Source: an uncultured bacterium (lineage in GTDB: Bacteria > Patescibacteriota > Saccharimonadia > Saccharimonadales > UBA4665). From it: DNA of 64,000 nucleotides. The stretch is taken from assembly GCA_963805865.1 (NCBI GenBank), contig CAWDVI010000003.1, positions 334,131 through 398,130 on the forward strand. Reading direction: 5' to 3'. A program made the position numbers and the translations under genes. The notes beneath the pieces are model-generated. The model was not told the DNA's origin, ran no database searches, and was given only the letters and a program-made list of their open reading frames with translations. Numbering within the stretch: the first letter of the stretch is position 1; each line of letters starts with the position of its first letter. Shown piece after piece: positions 1-9,288 of this stretch.

Positions 1-1
1 T

Positions 2-398
2 GACCTATGTGGACGGCTGACGGGTACGGAAAAGCAGCCGGTGATGATTCATAAGGCTTTGTTGGGCTCATTTGAGCGGTTCTTATCTGTTTATATCGAG
101 CATACGGCGGGGCGATTCCCGGTTTGGCTGGCGCCGGAGCAGGTCCGGGTGATTACGGTGAATCAGGAGGGCGCGACGGTGGATTTTGCCGATAAGCTGG
201 CTGAACAGGCGCGCGGAGCTGGGCTTGCGCGCGGAAGTTGATAATTCTAACGAATCGGTTGGCAAGAAAATCCGCTCGGCCGAGGTGGCCAAGGTGCCGT
301 ATACGGTGGTGATTGGTGAAAAAGAGGTTGCCGGCGGCCAGGTAGTGCCACGGATCCGCAAGGATATGGCAGTGCACGAAAACGGCCGCGCCTATTAG
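2..398 (+). CDS. thrS: threonine--tRNA ligase, C-terminal part (5' end outside window; frame switch near nt ~226)
   Basis: ORFs 41..241 and 186..398 jointly read [50 protein letters not shown], the conserved ThrRS C-terminus; two overlapping frames are needed. Confidence 0.8.
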
Positions 399-479
399 CG
401 TCGAACGAGTTCTTGAAGACCGTCGCCCACGAGGCCAAGACGCGCGTCCATAAGACTTCTCTACAGGTTAAATTTTTGC

Positions 480-800
480 ATGCAGAGCGTTGAGACTGGG
501 TTCCGGGAGCGGGTGGAGGCGCTGGTGGCGCGGATTCCGCGCGGCCGGGTGATGACTTACGGGCAGTTGGCGGCGCTAAGCGGTCAGCCGCGGGCGGCAC
601 GGATCGTCGGCGGCATCGCGCATTTTGGTAATCCGGATTTGCCGTGGCAAAGAGTGGTCAATAAGTCCGGTGGGCTGGCTTCGGGTTATCCGGGTGGTCT
701 GGGCGGACATCGGCAGGTGCTGGAGGCCGAGGGTGTTGTAGTAAATGATGATAACAGGGTGGATATTGAGCGGCTGATCTGGTGGCCGCCGGAAAACTGA
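480..800 (+). CDS. alkyltransferase-like (MGMT DNA-binding domain) protein lacking the active-site Cys
   Basis: 106 aa with IPRGRVMTYGQLA..GxPRAARxVG..LPWQRVV, i.e. the PCHR box replaced by PWQR as in ATL/YbaZ-type proteins. Confidence 0.65.
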   Translation: MQSVETGFRERVEALVARIPRGRVMTYGQLAALSGQPRAARIVGGIAHFGNPDLPWQRVVNKSGGLASGYPGGLGGHRQVLEAEGVVVNDDNRVDIERLIWWPPEN

Positions 801-812
801 TGTAAAAAAATC

Positions 813-842
813 AAAAAGCAGCCCGTTTGTGGCTGCTTTTTT
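813..842 (+). terminator. rho-independent terminator after the ATL-like gene
   Basis: AGCAGCC-cgtttgt-GGCTGCT stem-loop followed by a T run. Confidence 0.7.
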
Positions 843-1016
843 GGGTTGGGCTTGCGTGCGACTCGTGAGCGAACCTAATTAGGCTCCAAGTCCAACCGAT
901 AAATTAACTTTAGCGAAAAAGTTCCCAGAGGTCAACGGGAAAAACCTTAAATTTAATTTCGATTTAAGGTGCTTTTGGGTAGCATGCCCTTTGCCTGGTG
1001 AATGGTAATCCGTATC

Positions 1017-1090
1017 GGGGGTGCAGACTGGTGTCGCGACCTAGGTGTGCGACCTTAGTTGGCCGAGTTCGATTCCCGGTACCTCCACCA
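1017..1090 (+). ncRNA. 74-nt tRNA-like element ending in CCA (isolated tmRNA-TLD-like or aberrant tRNA)
   Basis: GGGGGTG pairs with TACCTCC (G3:U70) before ACCA. GTTCGATTC T-loop is present, but no canonical D or anticodon arm can be drawn. CTGGTGTCGCGAC resembles the tmRNA 5' D-loop analogue. Confidence 0.4.
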
Positions 1091-1121
1091 GGCGGTTCGG
1101 GCTTGGTATACTGGCGCTATC

Positions 1122-2018
1122 ATGACTGAGCCTAAAATAGTAGTGGTTGTGGGCGAGACGGCGTCGGGCAAGTCGGCGCTGGCCTTGCGGTTGGCGCAGG
1201 AGTTTGACGGTGAGATTGTCTGCGCGGACAGTTGGACAGTGCGCCGCGAGGTGGATATTGGCACTGCTAAGCCGTCTGCTGAGGAGCGGGCATTGGCGCC
1301 GCATCATCTGTTGGACATAGTCGCGCCCTGCGAGGATTTTACGGCGGCGATCTTTCAGCGACGGGCTAATAAGGCTATCGTGGAGATTGCTAACAGGGGT
1401 AAACTGCCGATTTTGACCGGCGGCACCGGCTTATATATAGACGGCGTGCTGTATGATTACGGATTCCTGCCGGCTGGCGACAGGGGTGAAAGAGAAACTC
1501 TGAATGCAATGAGCGTCTCGGAACTGTTAGCTAAGATTGATGAGCTGGGCATTGACCCTGGTGACGTGGACAAGCGCAACAAACGGCGACTGATCCGGCT
1601 GATTGAGACTGGCGGGGCGCGGCCGGCCAAGCAGGATCTCAGGCCGAACACATTGATTATCGGCTTGCGGCCGGGCCTTGAAGAGCTGAAACAAAAAATT
1701 ATCAGCCGTACGGACGCCATGCTGGCGGCCGGTTTGGAAGACGAAGTGCGCCAGCTGGCCGGGCAGTATGGCTGGGATTGCGAGGCTTTGAAAGGCGTCG
1801 GTTACGCGCAATGGCGCGGCTACTTTGAGGGCCGCGAGGGGGCTGGTGAGGCTGCTCAAAACCTGCCTGAAATCCGCCAAAAGATCATCAAAGCGACGCT
1901 TGATTTGGCCAAACGACAGCGCACCTGGTTCAAGCGTAACAAAAGTATTCAGTGGATTCCTACCCCTGTAAAATGGCCAGACGTTGTAGAACTTATGACA
2001 ACATTTTTGAACGACTGA
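1122..2018 (+). CDS. miaA: tRNA dimethylallyltransferase
   Basis: MTEPKIVVVVGETASGKSALA..DSWTVRREVDIGTAKP..HHLLD..LTGGTGLY. Start moved to ATG 1122 so it does not overlap the tRNA-like element. Confidence 0.9.
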   Translation: MTEPKIVVVVGETASGKSALALRLAQEFDGEIVCADSWTVRREVDIGTAKPSAEERALAPHHLLDIVAPCEDFTAAIFQRRANKAIVEIANRGKLPILTGGTGLYIDGVLYDYGFLPAGDRGERETLNAMSVSELLAKIDELGIDPGDVDKRNKRRLIRLIETGGARPAKQDLRPNTLIIGLRPGLEELKQKIISRTDAMLAAGLEDEVRQLAGQYGWDCEALKGVGYAQWRGYFEGREGAGEAAQNLPEIRQKIIKATLDLAKRQRTWFKRNKSIQWIPTPVKWPDVVELMTTFLND

Positions 2019-2054
2019 TTCCGTGGCTGAACCATCTTTTGATACAATAGGAAC

Positions 2055-2667
2055 ATGATTGAGCAATTCTTTGGATCAAAGACGCGGGTTAAGCTATTGC
2101 ATTTGTTTTATAGCAATCCCAACCGCTCATTTTACGTGCGCGAAATTACCCGCAAGATCGACGAGCAAATCAACTCGGTGCGCCGCGAACTCAGCAATTT
2201 GCTGAGCATCGGCATCATCGTGTCCGAGAACACCAACAACAAGCTGTACTACGAGGTCAACCAGAAGTTCGAGTATTATGATCCATTAAAGGAGATTTTT
2301 GGCGGCGGCGTCAAGAAGACGACTGCCAAGAAGGCTCAAGCCGGCCGCTGGCGCGGCTAGTGCCGGCGACCAGGCGACTACGGCCGACCTGCAATCCGTC
2401 GGGCACATCGAACTGGCGCTTTACACCGGTCAGTTCACGCGCGATGAGTCCGCTGGGATTGATTTCCTGGTAGTTGGCGACGTCAACAAGAACGCTCTCA
2501 AGAAATACGTCAGCGAGTTGGAGGCCCAGGAAGGCAAGAGCCTCCGCTACGCTACCATGAAACTACCGGAGTTCCAGTATCGTCAGGCAATCAAGGATCG
2601 CTTCATTTCGGCTATTGAGCACGCTAAGAAACAAATCCTGGTTGACGAGCACAACCTGTTAAGTTAA
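2055..2667 (+). CDS. CPR-type winged-helix (ArsR-like) regulator with C-terminal nucleotidyltransferase-like domain; frame switch ~2330-2360
   Basis: ORF 2055..2360 (FGSKTRVKLLHLF..SFYVREITRKI..NSVRRELSNL) continues in ORF 2299..2667 (IELALYTGQF..IDFLVVGDV..EFQYR). Confidence 0.6.
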
Positions 2668-2677
2668 AAGGAGTAAT

Positions 2678-3303
2678 ATGGACCTACAGTTTTACGGAGC
2701 CAATTGTCTGAGCGTCAGCCATAAGGGCACGCGCCTGGTGATCGACGATAACCTGGACCAGCTTGGCGCCAAGGGCGTTACCAGGCCGACGACGTGGCGC
2801 TCGCCACCATGCACCCCAAGGCCGCGCCAGGCGGCCGGCTAATGTTTGACGGTCCTGGCGAATACGAAGTGGCCGATATTTCCATCATCGGTATTCCCGC
2901 CCGGGCGCACATGGAGGCCGACGAGAAAAACCGCCATGCCACCATGTTCAAGCTGATTGTCGGCGAGAACAGCGTGCTGTTCACCGGCCATATCTATCCC
3001 GAATTGGATGAGGCCCAGCTGGAGGCCATCGGTATGGTGGACGTGCTGGTGGTGCCGGTCGGCGGCAACGGTTACACCGTCGATCCGGTCGGCGTGCTCA
3101 AACTTATCAAAGCTATCGAGCCCAAACTGGTCATTCCCACGCACTACGCTGATAAGGGGTTGAAGTATCCGGTTCCACAGCAGGATCTGGCCGCCGCGCT
3201 CAAAGAGATGGGTATGGAGACGAAAGAGACGGTTGCCAAATTCAAGCTCAAACCAGCCGAGCTGACCGATGTCGCCCAGCTGATTGTCCTAGAGAAATCC
3301 TAG
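2678..3303 (+). CDS. MBL-fold hydrolase-like protein; frame switch ~2780
   Basis: ATG 2678 after AAGGAG reads MDLQFYGANCLSVSHKGTRLVIDD and then continues in ORF 2794..3303 (VLVVPVGGNGYTVDP..LVIPTHY). Confidence 0.5.
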
Positions 3304-3304
3304 C

Positions 3305-3517
3305 TTATTTCTTAGCTTTTTCGGGCTGGATTAGCAGACCCTTTTTCTTGAGGGTGCGAATAGCCTGGGTGCTCAGTTTCATGGTGACTTTTTTGCCGTC
3401 GACCATTAGGGTTTTCTTCTGGAGGTTGGGCTTCCAGACTTTTTTGGTATGGCGCTGAGAGAAACTCACATTGTGGCCGTACTGCTTGCCTTTACCGGTG
3501 ATATCACACTTCTGCAT
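3305..3517 (-). CDS. rpmB: 50S ribosomal protein L28
   Basis: MQKCDITGKGKQYGHNVSFSQRHTKKVWKPNLQ is the typical L28 sequence. Confidence 0.9.
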   Translation of the reverse strand: MQKCDITGKGKQYGHNVSFSQRHTKKVWKPNLQKKTLMVDGKKVTMKLSTQAIRTLKKKGLLIQPEKAKK

Positions 3518-3573
3518 AGGGGCTTATTGTAGCCGAAAAACACTCCTGGGTCAACCTGTTATACTGGAGCTTA

Positions 3574-4202
3574 ATGTTTAGCGGTTTGTCTGGTTTTGAA
3601 TTGCTGGTCGTGCTGGTATCGATCATCATATCGATGTCTATCCACGAGGCGACGCACGGTTTCGTGGCGCACTGGCTAGGCGACACCACGGCGCATGATG
3701 AGGGCCGGTTGACGCTCAATCCGCTTAAGCATGTAGACGTCATGACAACGGTTCTGCTGCCAATGGTGCTGATTATCGTTGGTTTGCCACCGATTTTTGC
3801 TGCCAAACCGGTACCTTTTGACCCGGACCGCCTCCGTTACGGTGAGTTTGGCATGGCGCTGGTCGGCGTGGCTGGTCCGCTAACCAACCTAGTGCTGGCC
3901 GCTCTGGCGGCGCTGGTCTTTCACGGTTTCGGAGCCGGTTTCGGCCAGAATTTTACAACGCGCTTATCCTTTTCGTGCAGGTTAACATCGCCTTTTTCGT
4001 CTTTAACATGATTCCGTTCCCGCCGCTGGACGGCTCGCGGCTGCTTTATGCCTTCGCGCCGGAACCGCTACAGGATCTGATGCGCCAGATTGAAGGCTTC
4101 GGCTTCATGGGCATATTGATCTTCATCTTGCTGGTCTTCCAGTTCATCTCTGGGCCGCTTTTGGGCATCGAAAACTTTTTCATCCAGCTTCTGCTGGGAT
4201 AA
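3574..4202 (+). CDS. site-2 protease family (peptidase M50) membrane metalloprotease; frame switch ~3950-3975
   Basis: HEATHG (HExxH) in a TM helix in ORF 3574..4011; FNMIPFPPLDGS second motif in ORF 3975..4202. Confidence 0.7.
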
Positions 4203-4369
4203 ATAACAGGTTATAATGGAGGTAGTCGGGTTTTGCCGGGCGAATGATTATCTGATACTAATCATTAGGGAGTCCAATATTTTTGCTGGCCGTGGCCGGC
4301 ACGTGAGGACACCCACCTGGGACATCTCAGGTGATCAACCCGGTACCCGGCTATTATTTTCCGAGGTTT

Positions 4370-4445
4370 CGGGGTGTGGCGCAGTTGGTAGCGCGTACGG
4401 CTGGGGGCCGTGAGGTCGCAGGTTCAAGTCCTGTCACCCCGACCA
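4370..4445 (+). tRNA. tRNA-Pro (anticodon GGG)
   Basis: CGGGGTG/CACCCCG acceptor, GCGC-AGTTGGTA-GCGC D arm, anticodon loop CTGGGGG, GGTTCAAGTCC T arm, encoded CCA. Confidence 0.9.
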
Positions 4446-4449
4446 AATT

Positions 4450-6684
4450 TTAGATTTTCAGTAGATTGTCCAGCTGGCGGCTGATGTGGAGCAGGTCGAT
4501 CCAGTCGCCGTCGAAGGCGATGTAGTTGTTAGCCCAGGCCGGCGAAAACTTATTCTTGAATTGCTCTAGGCCTTGGGCGGAGACCGCTTCGCTCATCAGT
4601 AATTGACCCAGGACTTTGATAACCTGCTCGGTCCGGGCGGCCGGTGAAGCCAGTGGCACGAAACCGAGGTCGAATTTGTGCTTGGCATCTTCGGCGTGGA
4701 GCTGGCTGATGGTGCCGGCCAGCAGGGTTGGCATAGCGTGGCTGTGCTCGGGTAAGAAGCGCATCAGGTCGATGGTGGCTGTTGGCAGATTATTAAAAGT
4801 TGGTAGTTCGTTAGTGAAGGCAATCAATTCACTGCCGCTCCGTAACAGATGTAAACGGCAGGCCTGAAGGTAATTTTCATCAAAGTAACCCAGTGCGAAG
4901 CCGCGCTCAATGTGGTTTTGGCGCCCTAGCCAGCTATCCGACACTTGGCGGAGCTCGGCCATCAACTGAGGGGTGTGGGGTGGCTCTGCCAGGCTATACT
5001 CCCACCCCTGTTTTTTAGACTTGTTTAAGACCCAGCGCCACCATTTGTTGCGGACTGTTTGCCTGGCGAACTCTTCAATATCAACTATGGCGCTAGCACC
5101 GATCCGAAATAGCTTATAGCCAGTCTGCTTGTAGGCGGTCTGATGCTCGTCCTGCACCATCAAGAAGCAGGCCCGCCAGCCATGCCGGCGGCAATATTCC
5201 ATGAATTCCTGGGCCGTTCGTTGACGATTTTGACCGATGGGGTCGGCCAGGGCAAAGGCCACATTGCCGGTTACCTGGTAGGCGATAGCCGTGTCGCGGG
5301 CGGCGTTCCACCAGTAACTCTTAGGCTGGGGCCAGTATTTGAAGTAATCTTCGCTGGAATTGCTGGCTTGGCCCAGAAGGTCCAATAATTGTTGCCGATC
5401 GTGCTCGTTAAATGACTTTAACAGGGGTTTTTGTGGCCTAAATAACGACACCACTACGGCCAGCAAGAGAGCTACGCCGGCCACGTTCAGGACCTGGCCG
5501 AGCAAGCGCCGCGGCAGAGGACCCAGATCGTTCACCACGTCGAACAAAAACAGGTGCTGGGTAAAATGGGTGATATTGATGCGCAGAGTATTAACATCCT
5601 GATGATGTTTGAACCGGAAGGTCGCCACGCCGGCCGCCAAAGCGACTACCACGGCTACCGTCACAAACAGCAATTTTTTAAGCCTTTCCCTCAGCTCCTC
5701 GGTAGAAGTTATACGGTCGAAAACGTCGCGTCTCATGAACAGCACGGCCGCCGTCAAACCGTACAGCAGGACCAGCCAGCCGTTAGGTGATATCACGGCG
5801 TACTTAAGCGTTTCCAGCCACAGCAGTAGCGAGGTCAACTGCCAGGCCCGGTACTCGCCGCGCCACAAGTGCCGGCTGATATACATCAGCACCACGCCGA
5901 CCGCTACGCCGTGCTGGCCTAACCAGGCGGTGTTATTACCGAAGTAAGCCCGGCTAAACTCGCTGATTTCCTCAATATTGCGCACCGAGCTTACGACAGC
6001 CACGAAACCGCCCAGGAATATCCAAGCCGTAATCAGGTGAATGATAATCCGCCGGCGGCTGGCGGTGTCGGTTTTAACTGGCTGGGCGGTGAGGCTTGGA
6101 ACGATGCTGGCCACCCACACCACCACCACAATTTCATAAATGAACTGTACCGGCGTGTTGCCGGACTGCGAGGCTAGCTGGGCAATCACGAAGCTGGCGA
6201 TCCATATCAACTGCACTAGCAGAACGGTCCTGGCCCAAGGGATTTTTTTCAGCGCCCAGATGGCGTTTAGGGCCAGCAGTGCCAGGGTCGTAATGACCGA
6301 TTCACCGGCATGGACAAGATGTATCACTCCGGTGCCTGATGAGGGGAAGGCGACATCAGCCAGTGAGCCGGCCGCTACAATGGCCAGCAGGATTAAGCTG
6401 GGAGCGTACAAACTGGGGTCGGGCGCGCTATTCTGCTTGCGCCGGATTATCGCCCAGACGGCCGCGCCGAGTAGTAGCGCCGCCAAAACATCGCACAGCC
6501 GGAACAGCCACGACCACGGCTGGCCAGCGTCCTCATAGTGGCTTATGAAAGTGACCTTCGTAGATAAGCCAGGGTTGAAGCTCGGCCCAATTAGCCAGCT
6601 GAGGCTCAGCACGATATACAGGAACTGCCATCGTTCCCAGGTTATGTAACGCCGCATGCTGTTAATTATAGACACATAAGTCAT
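4450..6684 (-). CDS. multi-TM protein with C-terminal aminoacyl-phosphatidylglycerol synthase-like (MprF C-terminal/DUF2156) domain
   Basis: 744 aa. N-terminal half is hydrophobic helices. C-terminal half (YFKYWPQPKSYWW..AIAYQVTGNVAFALADPIG..DLMRF) resembles the LysX/MprF synthase domain. Confidence 0.65.
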   Translation of the reverse strand: MTYVSIINSMRRYITWERWQFLYIVLSLSWLIGPSFNPGLSTKVTFISHYEDAGQPWSWLFRLCDVLAALLLGAAVWAIIRRKQNSAPDPSLYAPSLILLAIVAAGSLADVAFPSSGTGVIHLVHAGESVITTLALLALNAIWALKKIPWARTVLLVQLIWIASFVIAQLASQSGNTPVQFIYEIVVVVWVASIVPSLTAQPVKTDTASRRRIIIHLITAWIFLGGFVAVVSSVRNIEEISEFSRAYFGNNTAWLGQHGVAVGVVLMYISRHLWRGEYRAWQLTSLLLWLETLKYAVISPNGWLVLLYGLTAAVLFMRRDVFDRITSTEELRERLKKLLFVTVAVVVALAAGVATFRFKHHQDVNTLRINITHFTQHLFLFDVVNDLGPLPRRLLGQVLNVAGVALLLAVVVSLFRPQKPLLKSFNEHDRQQLLDLLGQASNSSEDYFKYWPQPKSYWWNAARDTAIAYQVTGNVAFALADPIGQNRQRTAQEFMEYCRRHGWRACFLMVQDEHQTAYKQTGYKLFRIGASAIVDIEEFARQTVRNKWWRWVLNKSKKQGWEYSLAEPPHTPQLMAELRQVSDSWLGRQNHIERGFALGYFDENYLQACRLHLLRSGSELIAFTNELPTFNNLPTATIDLMRFLPEHSHAMPTLLAGTISQLHAEDAKHKFDLGFVPLASPAARTEQVIKVLGQLLMSEAVSAQGLEQFKNKFSPAWANNYIAFDGDWIDLLHISRQLDNLLKI

Positions 6685-6700
6685 GATAAGATGTATCTAG

Positions 6701-7393
6701 ATGTGGAAAGAAACCAAACACGGGCTGTATAGACAGTTCAACTTCGAGAATTTCAAGCAGGCCTGGGCTTTTATGAGCAAGGTGGCTGAGCTGGCTGAGG
6801 AGTTTCAGCACCATCCCCGCTGGGAGAACGAGTGGAACGTGGTGCAGATTTGGCTGATCACGCACGAAGGCGGCAAGAAGATCACTGAGAAAGACCGTGA
6901 GTTAGCCGAGGCGATTGACGCGCTGGAAGAGGGTAAGACGCCGGAGCAGGCGGCCGCCGCGGAGCCGCAGGCCCATCCGGATAAGGTCAAGATCTTCTCC
7001 GACGGCGGTTCGCGGGGCAATCCCGGTCCTAGCGCCAGCGGCTTCGTGGTCTATGACATGGAGGATAACGTGCTGGTCGACAAAGGAGTTTACCTGGGCG
7101 TGACCACCAACAACCAGGCCGAATATACCTCTTTGAAGCTGGCGCTGGAGGAGTGCAAGAAGATGGGTGTGCAGGAGGTGGAGGCCTACATGGACAGCCT
7201 GCTGGTAATTAATCAGATGAAGGGCGTCTTTAAGGTTAAGAACCGCGACCTGTGGCCTCTGCACGATGCTATCAAACAGCTTGTAAAGGGTTTAAGAAGG
7301 TCGAGTTCTAACCATGTGCCGCGCGAGCTCAATAAGGCGGCCGACGCGGCCGTCAACCGCGCCCTAGACGAACATTTAAGCTCTGGTTCCTAG
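6701..7393 (+). CDS. fusion of pterin-4a-carbinolamine dehydratase (PCD/DCoH) domain and RNase H domain
   Basis: N-terminus has FENFKQAWAFMSKVAELAEEFQHHPRWENEWNVVQIWLITH (PCD). C-terminus has IFSDGGSRGNPGPSASG..TNNQAEYTSLKLALE..HVPRELNKAAD (RNase HI-like). Confidence 0.75.
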   Translation: MWKETKHGLYRQFNFENFKQAWAFMSKVAELAEEFQHHPRWENEWNVVQIWLITHEGGKKITEKDRELAEAIDALEEGKTPEQAAAAEPQAHPDKVKIFSDGGSRGNPGPSASGFVVYDMEDNVLVDKGVYLGVTTNNQAEYTSLKLALEECKKMGVQEVEAYMDSLLVINQMKGVFKVKNRDLWPLHDAIKQLVKGLRRSSSNHVPRELNKAADAAVNRALDEHLSSGS

Positions 7394-7439
7394 TTTTTAT
7401 AGCTTAGGCGGCTAGGCTGCACGCGCCCTCCGAAAGAGC

Positions 7440-7471
7440 GGTATATATTTTGTATATACATTATATATACC
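7440..7471. repeat. 32-nt AT-rich palindromic box, copy A (GGTATATATTTTGTATATACATTATATATACC)
   Basis: Identical 32/32 to 58212..58243 and 31/32 to the reverse complement of 48785..48816. Followed by TATAAT at 7474..7479. Confidence 0.85.
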
Positions 7472-7558
7472 CCTATAATTGGCCGTGCGAAGGTGTCTTC
7501 ACATCTGTTACGGAAGTGAAAAACAGTGACAAACTAACAACGTTTATGCTATAATCAC

Positions 7559-7943
7559 GGTGGCCAGATTATTGGCTGATCGCGTGCACCGTACGGCGCA
7601 CGAGGAAAGTCCGGGCAGCATAGGGAGAAGGCAGTCGCTAACGGCGACCGGGCGCAAGCCTAGGGAAAGTGCCACAGAAACTATACTACCGCGGTGTTAA
7701 CACTAAGCGGAAAAGGTGAAAAGAGTAGGGTAAGAGCCTACAATTTATATCAGCGATGATATAAAGCGGTAAACCCTGCCTGCTGCAAGGAGATGGATAC
7801 CTTGGGGTCTAAAGCCCCAGGCGTCCCGCTAAGGATTCATCAAAGAACCGCTCGAGCCTGCCGGCAACGGCAGGCCTAGATAGATGATCAGCCCCACCTT
7901 TCGGCGGGGCACAAAACCCGGCTTACAGATAGTCTGGCCAACC
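7559..7943 (+). ncRNA. rnpB: RNase P RNA (bacterial type A-like)
   Basis: GAGGAAAGTCCGGGC, ACAGAAACTATAC and ACAAAACCCGGCTTA motifs. P1 pairing GGCCAGA..TCTGGCC. TATAAT at 7550..7555 just upstream. Confidence 0.85.
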
Positions 7944-7946
7944 AAG

Positions 7947-7973
7947 AACCCGCCCGCCACATGGCGGGTTTTT
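7947..7973 (+). terminator. rho-independent terminator after rnpB
   Basis: AACCCGCC-cgccacat-GGCGGGTT followed by TTTT. Confidence 0.7.
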
Positions 7974-8018
7974 GCTTATGCTTGCTTAAGAAGCTCAAAT
8001 CAGCGACACTATAACTAA

Positions 8019-9288
8019 ATGGAATCAGTTGAAACGGCCATGGTGATTGGTGGCGGCGGCCGCGGGCAAGCTTTGGCCAAAAAGCTGGCCGACGAGGGTC
8101 TGGAGGTAGTAGTTTCGCCCGGCAACCCGGGTAATGAGGAGTTTGCGCATAGTACCGGGGTTGAGATAACTGATGTCCAGGGCCAGCTGGAGGCGGCCAA
8201 GCACTATGGTGCCGATTTGACGATCGTCGGGCCTGAAGACGCCTTGAACCGTAATATTGCCGGAGCGTGGAGGATGGCCCGCGTATTCGACGGTTTCAAG
8301 GGCGAGATATTCGCCCCATATGCCAACCAGGCCTGGATTGAATCTGATCGTGCGTTTGCTAAAAAGTTTGCCGCTGAACAAGGCATACCGATAGGGTATT
8401 ACGCTGAATTTTCCGATCAGCAAGAGGGCCATGAAATCTGTCGAGGACGCTCATTGGCCTTTGTTCGTCAAGGACAACGGTTTGCGCCAGGGCAAGGGTG
8501 CCACGCGTTGTGACAGCGCGGAAGAGGTTGAGGCGGCGGTAGCCAGCCTGGACCATTTTATTATAGAAGCTAACGTGCCAGGACCGGAACTTTCTCATCA
8601 TGCCTTTTGTGACGGCAAGACACAGCTTTCCATCCCGTTTGTGGTACGCGACCACAAACAGCTGGGAGAGGGCGACACTGGCCCAATGACCGGTGGTATG
8701 GGCGTAGTCGGCCCACTGCCTAACTATACTCCGGAAGAGGTCGGGGCTCTTGGCGAAGTCTTTGCCGCGCCGGTGAGTCGAGGGGCTGGGCTTCAAAGGG
8801 ATGCTGTTCTCGGGCCTCAAAGGCTACAAAGACCAGGAGCGCAGCCTGGAGTGGAATGCTCGCTTCGGCGATCCTGAGACCCAGGTCTTCATGCGGCTTA
8901 TGAAAAGCGATCTATTGCCGGCCATAATGGCCTGCGTGGAGGGCGATCTGGAAAGTCTGCCGCCGCTGGAGTGGGAGCTTGGGAAATACGCCGCCTGTCT
9001 GGTGCTGGCGGCGCCCGGGTATCCGGCCGATCCGCAAAAGGATTTGCTGATTGAGGGCCTGGACGATGCTGCCAAAACGAGACGGCGTAGAGATATTGCA
9101 TGCCGGCACGAAAAGCAGCACGGTGACAAGCTATATACTGCTGGCGGCCGGGTAATCAATGTGGTAACTGCTGGCCGGCTCTATGCAAGAGGCTGTTGAT
9201 CAAAAGCCTACGAGCAGCAGAATCAATTACTTTTGACGGCCAGCCGCCACTGATGCGGCCGGATATCGGCGCTACCACTATTTCTTAG
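8019..9288 (+). CDS. purD: phosphoribosylamine--glycine ligase, split over at least four frames as given
   Basis: ORFs 8019..8513, 8431..8877, 8801..9199 plus a further frame to TAG 9286..9288 give colinear PurD sequence ([21 protein letters not shown]; [12 protein letters not shown]; [26 protein letters not shown]; [10 protein letters not shown]). Confidence 0.7.

Noticed and set aside
1059-1121. N-terminal extension of miaA given by the ORF track (start 1059)
   Set aside because: It would overlap the tRNA-like element that ends in CCA at 1090. The conserved MiaA sequence and P-loop begin right after ATG 1122.
4216-4413. 65-aa ORF between the M50 protease gene and the MprF-like gene
   Set aside because: It runs into tRNA-Pro (4370..4445) and has no RBS or motif.
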